Notes: generated from the sequence alone by a model not told the origin. DNA of 64,000 nucleotides from an uncultured Candidatus Saccharibacteria bacterium (GCA_964549935.1 CAZJVT010000003.1:78634-142633); one strand, 5' to 3'. Positions 35,501 to 45,820 are shown, counted from the first letter of the stretch. Numbers and translations: made by a program.

Positions 35501-37606
35501 GCCATCCGGGTGGTCGCGCGCATGATCGACGAGATGCCGATCATTCCCGCCTCGCCCATCGACGTCGTGCGCGAGAAGATCGAAGCGCAGGGACACAAGA
35601 TCGCCGAGATCTCCGGCCGCGGCCTTCGCTTCGTCAACGGACGGATCGTCAGGATCTCCAAGGAGGAGCGCGACAAGACCCGCATCAAGAACGCCTTCAA
35701 TTCCGGCGATCTCGATGCGATCGTCGTGACCGTCGCGGGCTGCACCGGCATCTCGCTGCACGCCGGCGCCCGCTTCGCCGACCAGCGCCGCCGGAACCTG
35801 ATCGAGCTCCAGGCGCCCTCCGACGTCCTGAAGCAGATCCAGGCATACGGACGGGTCAACCGCTTCGACCAGGTCAATGCGCCGCTCATCACCACCGTCA
35901 ATTCCGGCCTGCCGATCGAGCTCCGCCTGATCGCGATCAGGAACGCGCATCTCCGCCGCATGTCGGCGAACGTCTCCGCCAACCGGGACCACGCGGCCCT
36001 GGTCGAGGGCATTCCCGACATGTTCAACCGCCTCGGCGACCGGATCTGCTCGACCTATATCGAGGAGCGGCCCGATCTCGCCAAGCGCCTGGGCATCAAG
36101 CTCTACGAGCCGGAGGACGACGAGGACGTGGACGATGGCGGCGACCTCGAGGACTCGGGGGCCGAGAGCTCGGACGAAATCCGTTCCGCCAACCAGATCA
36201 TGTGCCGCCTCATCATGCTCCCGATCCAGGAGCAGGAGCGGGTCGCGCGCGAGCTGACCGCCGAGTTCGAGGCGGCGGTCCAGGAGCTCGACGTCAAGGG
36301 TCTCAACCCGCTCAAGGTGAAGGAGCTCGACGGCACCGTCGAGGTCCGCAGCCGGAAGATCTTCGAGGGCGACGACTCGTCGCTTCCGCGGTCGTGCTTC
36401 GACGAGCCGGTCTTCGTCGAGAGCGTCCTGATCGAGCGAAGCCGCGAGCCGATGCGCTCCGGCGCGGTCATGATCGAGGTCGAGAAGGGCCAGCAGGTCC
36501 TCGGCCGAGCGCTGCCGGAGGCCGCCGCCGATCGCATCGAGGCCAACCGGACGCTGCTTCTCGCCCATCGGCTCCCCGCCCGGTACCCGACCGTCGAGGC
36601 CGCCCTCGCCGGTGGCGACACCGGCATCGTCGAGGCGCATGGCCGCCTTACGGATCTCTGCGCGGCACTGCGCGGCATCTATCCCGGCGCGGCGATCCGC
36701 TACTCGCAGGACGTCGGCACGCCGGCGACCGGGCTCATCACCCGCGTCATCTCGGCGCCCGCCGCCTTCGAGCACATTCCCTCACATTGGGAGGTCGAGA
36801 TCGTCGCTCCGGGATCCGGCATGCCGGTCCGGCTCAAGCTCAAGACCCTGATGATGGACGAGCACTTCGCCCTCGGCCCGGGCATCAAGGGCGAGAGCTA
36901 CCAGGAGATCCTGGACACCTTCGACCACGCCGGCCGGGAGCGCCAGAAGATCTCGGGCCACATCCTCACCGGCAACCTGTTCCGGGCGACCCAGCTCGCC
37001 GCGGACCACAAGCTCGGCTCGGTGGTGGTCTTCAAGGACGCCAACGGCGTCCGCAATCGCGGCGTCCTTGTCTCGAAGCAGGTCCGCAACTTCGACGCCC
37101 TCCCCGTGCGCATGCCGTCGCCCGAATGCTTCGTCGCCTTCGCCGCGGCGAAGATGGCCAAGTCGCGTGGCGTGGAAGGCGCCACCCTCTACTCGAATCC
37201 CGATCTCGAGTCGAAGAAGGGCCTGATGATGATGCGGGTCCGCAACCAGCTGCGCATCAGCATGCCCAACCCCGGCGGTCGCAACGGTGCGGGCTTCTTC
37301 GAGAACCAGCCGCTGCTGCAGGAAATGCTGGCGACGGCGGCCGAGAACGGCTGGATCGTCGGTGCCCGTCCATACATCCAGTTCGAGGACGACCAGCTCG
37401 TCGACTGGGTCCGGCGCCTGGCCGACGTGGGCATCAGCTTCTACGCGCTCGGCACCCATCGGAATTGGGTGAACGACTGGATTGCCCAGCAGAACCCGCA
37501 GGCCCCGGCACCGGCGGCTCCGGTCGAGATCCCGGCGGCGGTGCCTGCGGTCGAGGTGCTGGAAGAAGCCCCGGTGGAGCAGGACGACCTCCTGCTTCGC
37601 GCCTGA
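32546..37606 (+). CDS. Strawberry-notch-like SF2 helicase (large polyvalent plasmid protein)
   Basis: ADQTGVGKGRQIA, ADEVHN, YSSAT, TGISLHA, QAYGRVNRFDQ. Confidence 0.9.
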   Translation: MTLQKWIDLSAYGVSLILVTLPSGNQLMVIDGHQNSPHKELIQKSFLSLGYNLSKAGFLYSDNMKISPSAVFRLLPKGKVAEMPVSQIRQSWRPPGSQADQPKAQPGRVSATGPRKSAARVRAPEPARLDVALTQHRRLGLNSLGQEVFEGIDGRFIRDQGGKLHREAEVGNITPALFLRAEAQPPHKGLDVCADGLVNEIAGGRIIRFDDLKRFAAAVMGQADEDIEDRDPRVRLAVDAVADAMQRRVARRMGSSREVYALATQLQEAGAFLSDATRVFGPLGHPSLPILSILQRAIGGESEVGNKKIAIIGAHGRAADILASNLPATSEIGRDERHALYQIGLLPPDTNYHVEIDEIVGARGPAGRTLLVFAGDPEADEAIKALRTRLGESYEIEGTARIDPSLHAGDPGAQPLTLIALGRLRPERLQPAPEASLRVQPISSHAELWTWSSELISTRAKIAEWRRMQDDEVDEAQQLLAGNVDRTLENKFQTPYQPLSRASLSRTMIPRSLEGATREALERLARRHGDIDRMVCEELGWTNEELQERLSAEQVDGFALSIDAEMRGRGMLIADQTGVGKGRQIAAMILRHVLAGRKVIFLTERELNLHDIWRDICHIRADGFISPLILNDGVRIVDDLTTETLLSPVPTEEMREILRSGKWPEGFNVVLGTYSQFNRPALGRGGKLVSLKSKWLRETVTAGSGIVAVADEVHNLAAKESNQLSNIDAVLNNFEHVHYSSATHAKTGTTLRIYRRLMPPSVSMNNIIDTMSKGGELLQEVFTSMLAKDGVMIRRELDLSEVEFEVYHDSDHYDRNRAIVNQIAPILAAMANISGEVDGFVARMDKDIEEALANVGDDEREQMKGKLGVSKLSFGSPLHHMTRLLIAALKADAVVAKALIALDKSMKPMIVIENTIETLLKDIVATRGDDGQRVDVADDALEGVEMPDFRSLFHRMLNQVCKIREKVDGVWHTRDLAQEMPDMAEAIRVVARMIDEMPIIPASPIDVVREKIEAQGHKIAEISGRGLRFVNGRIVRISKEERDKTRIKNAFNSGDLDAIVVTVAGCTGISLHAGARFADQRRRNLIELQAPSDVLKQIQAYGRVNRFDQVNAPLITTVNSGLPIELRLIAIRNAHLRRMSANVSANRDHAALVEGIPDMFNRLGDRICSTYIEERPDLAKRLGIKLYEPEDDEDVDDGGDLEDSGAESSDEIRSANQIMCRLIMLPIQEQERVARELTAEFEAAVQELDVKGLNPLKVKELDGTVEVRSRKIFEGDDSSLPRSCFDEPVFVESVLIERSREPMRSGAVMIEVEKGQQVLGRALPEAAADRIEANRTLLLAHRLPARYPTVEAALAGGDTGIVEAHGRLTDLCAALRGIYPGAAIRYSQDVGTPATGLITRVISAPAAFEHIPSHWEVEIVAPGSGMPVRLKLKTLMMDEHFALGPGIKGESYQEILDTFDHAGRERQKISGHILTGNLFRATQLAADHKLGSVVVFKDANGVRNRGVLVSKQVRNFDALPVRMPSPECFVAFAAAKMAKSRGVEGATLYSNPDLESKKGLMMMRVRNQLRISMPNPGGRNGAGFFENQPLLQEMLATAAENGWIVGARPYIQFEDDQLVDWVRRLADVGISFYALGTHRNWVNDWIAQQNPQAPAPAAPVEIPAAVPAVEVLEEAPVEQDDLLLRA

Positions 37607-37618
37607 TCGGAGATCCGG

Positions 37619-39994
37619 ATGACGACCACCCTGAAGAAGCCGTCGACCGCTACTTCTCCGGCCTCAACCCCGGCGCTTCCTGATCTCGGCGAAGAGCGCA
37701 TGCTCCGGTACCGCCGGCACACCGCCCTGCTTCCTTTCGAGTGTGCGCTTCCGGGCCGCGGACCCGATGGCAGCTCCTACCTGATCGGCTTCGATCCCAG
37801 GAAGTCGATGCTGACGGCGATCGGTCTCGTGCTGGCGAACGGACGGCTCCGCGCCTTCTCCGCCGCGGTGACCTCCAACGATCGCGGCTGGACCCCCGCC
37901 GTCATCCAGGCTCGTTTCCAGAACCTGGTGAAGGCGGGGATGCTTCGAACCCTCGCTGCCCAGGCGATTGCCCAGATCGCCCCCAAGATGGCTGACGACG
38001 CCACCGCCGCTTTCGGCCAGATGGTCAGCTTCGCTTCATCGAAGGCAGCGAAGCCGCGCCAGGTCGGATGGCGGCTGCCCGTGTTGGGCAACGACGGCAA
38101 GCTGCTCGTCGTCGGGTCCGCCAACGACGACGCCGCGTTGATCCCGGGCGAGTTCTGGAAGCCGTTGCCGCTCGAGCTGTCCGAAGCGATCCGGTTCTTC
38201 GGCATCGACGGATCGACCCCTTTCTTCGCTGACCTTTCGATGCAGAGGTTCCGCAAGCATCTCGAGGCCGAGCGCGGAGTGGCGGGTGCGGTCCCGCGGA
38301 CCGAGATCTGGGACGATGCCGCCTATTCCGACGTCGCCCTGCTCGAGGCCGGACGCATCTCCCGCCTCGTCGAAGCCTTCGGTCGCGGGCTCGACAAGGA
38401 AGCCCTTGCGGTCGTGACCCCTTCAGCCCGCTATGGGTCGGGCGCCTATGATTTCTACGCGGAGGCGTCCGGCGACGTGAGGACCCGGCGCCTCCAGGCG
38501 GCCCGTTCCTATCCGCTCCTGGCGCCTTCGTTCGCCCATCGTCCGATGATCCGGAAGGCGATCGATGCGGCGGAGCCGATCGGCGACCTCATCGCCACCG
38601 GCTTCGGCCTGGGCAAGGCCGGCACCAAGAGGCTGGCGAACTGCGGCTGGCGCGCGGACGGCCTCATGGTCGAGCAGATCGCGGAAGCGATCGGCAAGTT
38701 CCCGCCCGACTGGTTCCCGAAGGACCAGAAGGAGTGGATGGCCTTCCTCGACGTCGCCGTCGCCGCGGGTGCGGTGATGGAGGAGATGATCGGGGTCCCG
38801 GTCGAGAAGCTGTTCGACGGCACGAAGGGAAAGTGGTCGGAGATCGCGCTCAAGATGGCGCAGGCCCTGCCCCGCCTCGATCGCGACGGCAATGCGCTGC
38901 CGCCGGATACGTCCCGCGAGAACCTCGTGACGCTCTGCCGCCAGGTCGGCGACGTCATCAACGCATTCGCGACCGAGGTGCTGAAGCCGGCGCTGGCCAA
39001 TCATTTCGGCAGGGCGGAGCTGGTATCCGGCTATGCGCGCGATCGCGAGATCCGGAAGATCGCGGCCGGCATCCTCTTCTCCGGCAAGAACATCGTCTCG
39101 ATCATCGAGGCCGCCAAGTCGTGGCATGTCCACCACCACCGGATGCTCCTCGAGCGCGAGGCCGCATCGGCCGAGCTCAAGAGATACGAGGACGACACCT
39201 GGGCGCCGCTGTTCAAGCCGATCCAGGCACCCAACGGGATCTGGATCGTCTCGCTGACCAATACCGACCAGCTCAAGGAGGAGGGCCACGGCCCCAGCTT
39301 CGGCGCCAAGGCCGGCGAGGAACCGAAAGGTCTCAACCTCTGCGTCGGGGGCTATACCTCCTCCTGCAAGAACTATGGACATCACATCATCAGCTTCCGC
39401 CAGTCGGTCGAGCCCGATCCCGGGCAGAAGTCCATGGGTCGCATCAGCGTGGCGGAGATCACGCAGGTCGCCGCCGGCGACACTGCCTTCAAGATCCGCC
39501 AGCACTACGGATACGGGAACTCGCCGCTGAAGGACGATAGCCCTTCCAAGGTGGCGCTCGCCTGGCTCCAGGAGATGCTTGCGCTCGGGCGCCTTGAGAT
39601 CGACTTCGCCGAGATCGAGCGCAGCCGGGAACGGAACGCCGAGGCCGAGGCCAGGGCGGAACGCGAAGGCCGCCGAGATGCGCTTGCGAGGGCGTGCGGT
39701 TTCGACTGGCGCGACAGGAACGCCGTTGCCGCTTCATTCCGCACCTGGTCAAAGACCAGGTCGTCGGGCTCCTTCCTGCCGAAGGACCTGCGCAGCCGCG
39801 AGCGCGACTATGACGAGGCCAATCCGGATCCTCTCGCCGGCGCCGAGCATGCCGCGGCCAGGGATGAGCGCGAGGCGTTCTATCAGCAGGAGGCCCACAA
39901 GAACCTCGCCGCCGTACTCGACCGGCCGGATTGCCGCGCGCTGATCGACGACATCCTCCCCTCCTACAAGACGGTGGCGGCACCGACGCGCTGA
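37619..39994 (+). CDS. PcfJ-like domain protein
   Basis: SWH..., LTNTDQLKEEG..GLNLCVGGY..C..GHHIISFR, QHYGYGNS. Confidence 0.7.
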   Translation: MTTTLKKPSTATSPASTPALPDLGEERMLRYRRHTALLPFECALPGRGPDGSSYLIGFDPRKSMLTAIGLVLANGRLRAFSAAVTSNDRGWTPAVIQARFQNLVKAGMLRTLAAQAIAQIAPKMADDATAAFGQMVSFASSKAAKPRQVGWRLPVLGNDGKLLVVGSANDDAALIPGEFWKPLPLELSEAIRFFGIDGSTPFFADLSMQRFRKHLEAERGVAGAVPRTEIWDDAAYSDVALLEAGRISRLVEAFGRGLDKEALAVVTPSARYGSGAYDFYAEASGDVRTRRLQAARSYPLLAPSFAHRPMIRKAIDAAEPIGDLIATGFGLGKAGTKRLANCGWRADGLMVEQIAEAIGKFPPDWFPKDQKEWMAFLDVAVAAGAVMEEMIGVPVEKLFDGTKGKWSEIALKMAQALPRLDRDGNALPPDTSRENLVTLCRQVGDVINAFATEVLKPALANHFGRAELVSGYARDREIRKIAAGILFSGKNIVSIIEAAKSWHVHHHRMLLEREAASAELKRYEDDTWAPLFKPIQAPNGIWIVSLTNTDQLKEEGHGPSFGAKAGEEPKGLNLCVGGYTSSCKNYGHHIISFRQSVEPDPGQKSMGRISVAEITQVAAGDTAFKIRQHYGYGNSPLKDDSPSKVALAWLQEMLALGRLEIDFAEIERSRERNAEAEARAEREGRRDALARACGFDWRDRNAVAASFRTWSKTRSSGSFLPKDLRSRERDYDEANPDPLAGAEHAAARDEREAFYQQEAHKNLAAVLDRPDCRALIDDILPSYKTVAAPTR

Positions 39995-40108
39995 ACGGCG
40001 CACCGCCCGGGAACAAAACGGATTCTCCCGAATGTTACAAACCTGTATGCTGTTGGTTATGCGTTTATCTTCGACCAGTGACTAGGAAACGAGCAGCGAT
40101 ACCAGCCC

Positions 40109-40537
40109 ATGAAGCCCGAACGCATTTCCCTTTCGCAGATGCAGCGCGAGCTCGCATCCATCTCCCACCTTCTGGCGCCCGGAAGCTTCCAGCCCGGATG
40201 CCAGGCGGTTTTCGTCAACCTCCAGGACGGGGTTTCGCTGCTGGCCAGCATCACCTGGTCGACCGAGGGCGGCGAGATCCGCGGCGAGCTCGGCGAGCGC
40301 GTGGCGGAAACTGATCGCCGGATCCTGCTCTCCTTCGTCTTCGAACCGGGCGCCGGCCGCGGGAACGATCTCCAGGGCCGGCTGACTGCCGAGGACGAGA
40401 TCTCGCCGGTCCCGATCGAATCTCCGATGGATGTCCTCAAGTCATTCGCCCTCCGCGTCGAGGGGCTCGTCCCTCGTATCGAGCGGTCGCCCGATCATGC
40501 CCGGTCTCAGGGCGTCATCGCCCAGGCTTCGGTCTAG
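40109..40537 (+). CDS. Hypothetical protein
   Basis: GC3-biased ORF directly upstream of the topoisomerase. Confidence 0.6.
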   Translation: MKPERISLSQMQRELASISHLLAPGSFQPGCQAVFVNLQDGVSLLASITWSTEGGEIRGELGERVAETDRRILLSFVFEPGAGRGNDLQGRLTAEDEISPVPIESPMDVLKSFALRVEGLVPRIERSPDHARSQGVIAQASV

Positions 40538-40546
40538 GAGACGGAC

Positions 40547-42868
40547 ATGCCATCGATCGTCATCTGCGAGAAGGCGTCCCAGGCGGCCGATATCCGCAAG
40601 GCCATCGGCAATGCCCACGGCCAGGTCCTGCCCTGCCAGGGCCACCTGCTCAAGCTCAAGGAGCCGGGCGAGGTCAATCCGGCATGGGAGCGCTGGAACT
40701 TCGATGTCCTGTGGCCGGGTCAGCTCTATCCCTCGGTGCCGGATTCCTCCAGCGGCAAGGGCCGCGCCCTGGGCGCCATCAAGGATGCCATCAAGGGCGC
40801 CGACACGGTGGTCATCGCGACGGACTGCGACCGGGAAGGCCAGCTGATCGGCGAAGAGGTCGTTCGCCACTTCAAGTTCAAGGGCAAGGTGATGCGGGCC
40901 ATGTTCGTGGCCCAGGATCCGAAGACCCTCCAGGATGCCTTTCGCGGACTCCGCCCGAACTCCGAATACCGGGCTCTCGGCGACGCGGCCATCGCCCGCC
41001 AGCAGGCGGACCAGGTGTTCAACCTGTCGCTGACCCGTGTCGGCACGCTTTCCCTGAGGGCGCCCGGCACGAAGGGCGTGATCGGCATCGGCCGGGTGAA
41101 GACCCCGACGCTGGCGATCGCCTGCATCCGGGAGCTCGAGATCCTCAACTTCAAGCCCACCACCTATTTCGAGGTAGCGGCGACGGCGAACGTGGCGGCC
41201 GGCAGCTTCGAGATGCTGCATGAGCGGAAGCCAGAGGACCGGATCATGGATACCCGCCTGGCGCAGCGCATCGCCCAGGCGGCCGAAGGGCATCGCGGAC
41301 CGCTGGCGGTCAAGACCGAGACCAAGCGCCGATCCCCGCCGCGCCTGTTCGACATCACCGCGGTCCAGAAGCTGTGCGGTCGCTGGGGCTGGGGAGCGGA
41401 TCGGGCGAGCGAAGTCCTCCAGCGTCTCTACGAGGAGCACAAGCTCATCACGTATCCGCGCGCGGAAGTGGTCTACCTCAAGGAGACCCAGATCGAGGAA
41501 GCGGCGCCGATCGTGAACGGCCTGTCAGGCATCGAGGGGCTGGGCGAGCTCGCCGGCCGCGCGATTCCCGTCGAGGGCGGCCGCCCGAAGCTGACGATCC
41601 GCAAGGGCAAGGACGGCCATTTCTACGACAAGGGCCTCGAGGGCTTCTCGCACCACGCGATCATCCCGAACGTCAACGTGATGGACCGCGCAGCGCAGCT
41701 CTACCAGGGCCTCGACGACAGCGAGCGCCGTCTCTTCGACGAGATCGCGAAGACCTACCTGGCAGCCATGGCCCCGGACTATGTCTATGAGCAGACCACC
41801 GCGACGATGGGCGTCCCGGTACCGGGCGAGCCTGGGCCTGTGGAGTTCCGCGCCATCGGACAGGTGCCGAAGCAGCTCGGGTGGAAAGTCGTCTTCGGCG
41901 CAGTGGCCGAGGACGAGGAGGAGCCGGACGAGAAGCCGGGCAAGGGACGCGGCCGGGCGCCGAAGCGCAAGGCAATGCCCGTCCTTCCCGCCATCCGCAA
42001 CGGCGAGACCGCCGAGCTGACCGACGCGAAGGTCGTGGAATGCGTGACGCAGCCGCCGCATCGCTTCAGCGAAGGCGACCTGGCGACGGCGATGAAGGAG
42101 GCGTGGCGGTTCGTCGAGGACGATGCCATTCGCGCCCGGCTGAAGGAATGCACCGGGATCGGCACGCCGGCGACGCGCTCGACCGTCATCGAGGGGCTCA
42201 AGAAGCAGCAGCTCCTCGTCAACAAGGGCAAGCACATCGTCCCGACCCAGGAAGGCATGAACCTGTACCAGACGCTGAAGACGTCTGCCGCCGACCTGGT
42301 CGATCCCGGCGTCACGGCGAAGTTCGAGATGGTGCTCGATGCCGTCCTGTCGGGGCAGGTGCCCCTCGACAAGGCCATCGCCACCGTCGTTTCCCAGACC
42401 GGGCGCCTTGCCGAGCAGCTGAAGGGCGCCGGCGTTCGCCAGCATGGCGAGGGCATCCTCAAGGCTGGTTCCGGAGGAGCCGGCGGCGGCCGCTCCGGGC
42501 CGACCGACGCCATGCTGAAGGCGATCGAGGCCATCTGCGCGCGCAAGGGGATCGAGGCGCCGAAGGAGGCGATGACCGACTTCGACCAGGCTCGCGCCTT
42601 CCTCAACGAGCATCCGCGCGAAGGCGGCGGCGGCCCCTCGAAGGGTGGCTTCAAGAACGGACCCAGCGGCCGGCCCTCCGGTCCGGTCGAAGGTACCGTC
42701 CTCAACGTCTCCTATGACGATCGCGAGGAGGCCAAGAGGCTGGGTGCGCGGTGGGACCCGGAAAACAAGGTCTGGAAGGCCCCCAAGGGCGCGGATCTCC
42801 AGGTGTTCGTGGCCAAGGGGTTCCTGGCATCGAAGCCGAACATGGGCGGCCCGGGCGCAAGGGCCTGA
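40547..42868 (+). CDS. topB: DNA topoisomerase III (type IA) with a C-terminal DUF5710-like domain
   Basis: ICEKASQA, GHLL, ATDCDREG, GRVKTPTL, LITYPRA, GIGTPATR; LNVSYDDREEAKRLGARWDPENKVW. Confidence 0.93.
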   Translation: MPSIVICEKASQAADIRKAIGNAHGQVLPCQGHLLKLKEPGEVNPAWERWNFDVLWPGQLYPSVPDSSSGKGRALGAIKDAIKGADTVVIATDCDREGQLIGEEVVRHFKFKGKVMRAMFVAQDPKTLQDAFRGLRPNSEYRALGDAAIARQQADQVFNLSLTRVGTLSLRAPGTKGVIGIGRVKTPTLAIACIRELEILNFKPTTYFEVAATANVAAGSFEMLHERKPEDRIMDTRLAQRIAQAAEGHRGPLAVKTETKRRSPPRLFDITAVQKLCGRWGWGADRASEVLQRLYEEHKLITYPRAEVVYLKETQIEEAAPIVNGLSGIEGLGELAGRAIPVEGGRPKLTIRKGKDGHFYDKGLEGFSHHAIIPNVNVMDRAAQLYQGLDDSERRLFDEIAKTYLAAMAPDYVYEQTTATMGVPVPGEPGPVEFRAIGQVPKQLGWKVVFGAVAEDEEEPDEKPGKGRGRAPKRKAMPVLPAIRNGETAELTDAKVVECVTQPPHRFSEGDLATAMKEAWRFVEDDAIRARLKECTGIGTPATRSTVIEGLKKQQLLVNKGKHIVPTQEGMNLYQTLKTSAADLVDPGVTAKFEMVLDAVLSGQVPLDKAIATVVSQTGRLAEQLKGAGVRQHGEGILKAGSGGAGGGRSGPTDAMLKAIEAICARKGIEAPKEAMTDFDQARAFLNEHPREGGGGPSKGGFKNGPSGRPSGPVEGTVLNVSYDDREEAKRLGARWDPENKVWKAPKGADLQVFVAKGFLASKPNMGGPGARA

Positions 42869-43163
42869 CAAATCCGGGGGCCTCTGTCGTCGCCTCGTCG
42901 GTGGGGGCCTCCGGCACCGTCCTGCGGACGGTCTTTAAGATTTTGTCGGTTTTATCGATTTGGAAGATTTGAATTTTATCGAAAAATGGAATTGGAAGAG
43001 ACTTCGCTGCATTTTTTTCTCAGCGCTTTCTCACCTTTCAAATATCTTGAAGAGGACGGAGCAAGAACACTTCTTGTTTCGGCAAGGTTCGTAGATCGGC
43101 AACGAGATGGAGCGCAGACGGCCGAAATGGCCGTTTGAGGACAAGAAGAGAAGAGACTTCAAG

Positions 43164-43754
43164 ATGACCGCCCACCGCAGCATCTGCTTCAGCGACCCCG
43201 GCGGCGGCTGGATGAGGCTCCCTTCCGGCTTCGTGAGCGAGGTCCTTTCCAAGACCCCCGGTCTCGCCGAAAGCTTCAACCTCGGTGCCGTCCCCTCCAA
43301 GCTCACGGTCGACTTCGTCTACATCGAGGCGGACGACGCCTACCCGCTCTTCGAGAAGGCGGCGAAGACCCTTGGCCAGGAGATCGTCGTCCACCAGCAT
43401 GTCCACGACCCCAAGCGGTCGGCGGTGCGCTCGATGTTCGACTGGAGCCCTGAGCTCCTCAAGACCGGGTTTCTCGGCGCCGAGCTCAAGCTCTCCAGTG
43501 GGGAGATGGCGGATGTCGTCTCCCACAACCGGCCGGACGGACACGGGATCGAGCTGGTGGTGAAGGGTCGCGAGACCGGGAACAGCTACTGGATCCCGGC
43601 CTCCGAAGCCCTTTCCTACGCCCTCGAGATCCGGGTACCCGAGCACGTTCTCGCAGTCGGCGGCATCGATCCGCGGCCGCCGGCATCCGAGCTCGGCATC
43701 GATCTCTCCGGCTTGGGCTCGGGCTCGCCGAAGACCCCCTCCCTCGGGATGTAG
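43164..43754 (+). CDS. Hypothetical plasmid/phage protein (SDPGxGW...YIExD motif)
   Basis: FSDPGGGWMRL...VYIEADD; first gene after an AT-rich promoter region. Confidence 0.7.
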   Translation: MTAHRSICFSDPGGGWMRLPSGFVSEVLSKTPGLAESFNLGAVPSKLTVDFVYIEADDAYPLFEKAAKTLGQEIVVHQHVHDPKRSAVRSMFDWSPELLKTGFLGAELKLSSGEMADVVSHNRPDGHGIELVVKGRETGNSYWIPASEALSYALEIRVPEHVLAVGGIDPRPPASELGIDLSGLGSGSPKTPSLGM

Positions 43755-43768
43755 GCGGCGAGAGTGCC

Positions 43769-44485
43769 GTGCCTCGCCGCCGCTCCTTTCTTCCGACCGA
43801 GATCGGCGCGCTGAGACATGCCGCCGATCGCGGCGGCAGCCTGGTCCTGAAGTCTTCCGATCTCGAGAAGACGCATTTTCGATATCTCCTGCATACCAGA
43901 CTGATCCAGCCGAGCTCGATCACGTTCGATCGGCCCTGTCCGTCATGGCGTCTCGGCACGCCGGAACAGGACCCCGCGGTTCCGACCCATGAGCTGACGC
44001 TTTCCGGATGGGAGGAGTCCGGCCGCGGCGATCGGCGCACCGACGGCTTCATCCGGATCGTTTTCAGGCTGGATGATCGAAAGCGGCCATGGCGGGAGCT
44101 GATCCTTCAGCCCGCATCGATCGGCTGCCTGATCAGCCGCAACGGCTACAGGATGAAAGACGGCCTGACGGCGCCGCATTCCTGGGACCGGATCGCCACG
44201 ATCGAGAGCGCCATCCGGATCCTGGCGAGGGAGTGCGCGGTCGACCAGATGGAATTCGACGATCACGGTTTCGTCGCGGATACCCGCTACGCTCACTGGC
44301 ATGGCCGAAGGATCGATCTTCGCGCCGGGACGAGCGCCAGTGTCGCTCTCCGCCTGATGGCATCCGAATGGGTGCCCGACGCCGACTTCGAGACCGATCT
44401 GGCGAGAATGGTCGAACCATGGCGCCGTCATGCCCTGCGGCCTTCGTCGCCGGCATCTTCCCCCGCTTCGCCGATGGAGATGTAG
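43769..44485 (+). CDS. Hypothetical protein
   Basis: ORF within the operon. Confidence 0.6.
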   Translation: MPRRRSFLPTEIGALRHAADRGGSLVLKSSDLEKTHFRYLLHTRLIQPSSITFDRPCPSWRLGTPEQDPAVPTHELTLSGWEESGRGDRRTDGFIRIVFRLDDRKRPWRELILQPASIGCLISRNGYRMKDGLTAPHSWDRIATIESAIRILARECAVDQMEFDDHGFVADTRYAHWHGRRIDLRAGTSASVALRLMASEWVPDADFETDLARMVEPWRRHALRPSSPASSPASPMEM

Positions 44486-44980
44486 ATGCCCGTCGCCTAT
44501 GTGAAGTTCTTCACGCCCGAGCTCTGCCGCCGCTTCCCCGACGCCTTCTTCGTCTTCGGCGACAACCACCAGGGCTGGGGCAAGAAGGGGCAGGCGGCGA
44601 TCCGGGACGAGCCGAATGCGCTCGGCTTCCGGACCAAGATCCATCCCGGCTACAACCCTCTGGACTACTACACCGACCAGGGCGAGCGCGGCGGCCATTG
44701 CCGTCATGCGATCGAGGAGGATCTCGGCAAGCTTCGGATCAAGCTCGAGGCCGGCAAGACGGTGGTTCTTCCGCTCGACGGCCTCGGCACCGGTCTCGCC
44801 AAGCTCGACACCAAGGCGCCGGCGCTCTACGCCCGCATGTGCGACGGGATCGAGGAGCTGGTGGCGCTTCATGGCGTCGTCGATCTCGAGACGGATTGCA
44901 TCGTGAAGCTGCCGACACGCACTGCCGCCGCCGCGACTTCTCCCACGCCAGCGGCTTCGGCCGCACCTCCCGGTCCCTGA
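44486..44980 (+). CDS. Phage-type macrodomain-related protein
   Basis: FVFGDN..G.GKKGQA..RDEPNALGFRTK; VVLPLDGLGTGLA. Confidence 0.6.
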   Translation: MPVAYVKFFTPELCRRFPDAFFVFGDNHQGWGKKGQAAIRDEPNALGFRTKIHPGYNPLDYYTDQGERGGHCRHAIEEDLGKLRIKLEAGKTVVLPLDGLGTGLAKLDTKAPALYARMCDGIEELVALHGVVDLETDCIVKLPTRTAAAATSPTPAASAAPPGP

Positions 44981-45004
44981 CCCTTTTCATCAAGGAGCGC
45001 ACCC

Positions 45005-45628
45005 ATGCGCATGTCACCCGACGGACAGAAGGAAGTGTTCGAGGCGCCGGCGCCGCTGCGCCCGCGTCGCGCCCAGATCGTCCTGATCTACGGCGACGGC
45101 CTGCCGCCCAAGGCATGCGTCGGCGTTTCGGAGATCGAGGACAGCTATTGGCTGGAGATGGTCAATCGCTTCAGGTCCGGGACCCAGCGCTACGACCGGA
45201 TCGAGCGCCTCCGCTTCGGAGTGGTTCCGCTCGCCGCGCAGCCCTTGCAGGACGAGGACAGCTACATGTCCCACGGCGGCTCGTACTTCCACCAGGGCAA
45301 GGCGAGCGAGAAGAAGGACGAGAAGGTGCTCGAGCTCGGTCACCGCAGCGTCGACGAGGCCGATCGCTATCCGTCGATCTCGCCGATCTGGCTTGTCCGC
45401 CACAAGGGCGGCGCCATGCTGTTCATGGTTCCCGGAGACGTCGAATCCGACAGCATTGCCAGCCAGATGGAGGACTTCTTCGTCGGCGAGTTCACCCTGG
45501 AAGCCGTCAACGGCGGACAGTTCACCGCGATGGACCCGCCGGTAGCGCCTGGATGGAACCAGGTCCTCGCATCCGCGCCGGTTCAACCCAATCAAGCCCG
45601 CAAGGTGCCGGAGATGGTCCCCGCGTAA
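45005..45628 (+). CDS. Hypothetical protein
   Basis: RBS AAGGAG; GC3 bias. Confidence 0.7.
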   Translation: MRMSPDGQKEVFEAPAPLRPRRAQIVLIYGDGLPPKACVGVSEIEDSYWLEMVNRFRSGTQRYDRIERLRFGVVPLAAQPLQDEDSYMSHGGSYFHQGKASEKKDEKVLELGHRSVDEADRYPSISPIWLVRHKGGAMLFMVPGDVESDSIASQMEDFFVGEFTLEAVNGGQFTAMDPPVAPGWNQVLASAPVQPNQARKVPEMVPA

Positions 45629-45820
45629 ACCGTTGGGTTATCCACCGGATTCGGTCGCGCCTCAAATTTTCTGCTTTGTATTATCGTGTTTGCACCCTAT
45701 TATGAAAATGTAGATCGGCCGGCCGTACAGCGAGATGCCTTGCCCCCCTGGGCTCTCCCTCTAGCGGTCCTCCCCCGCGAAATCGCGGCCGGCCGATCGA
45801 CATCCTTCCAGGAGGCCGCG

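Noticed and set aside
45638-45646. DnaA box TTATCCACC
   Set aside because: A single one-mismatch copy is expected by chance.
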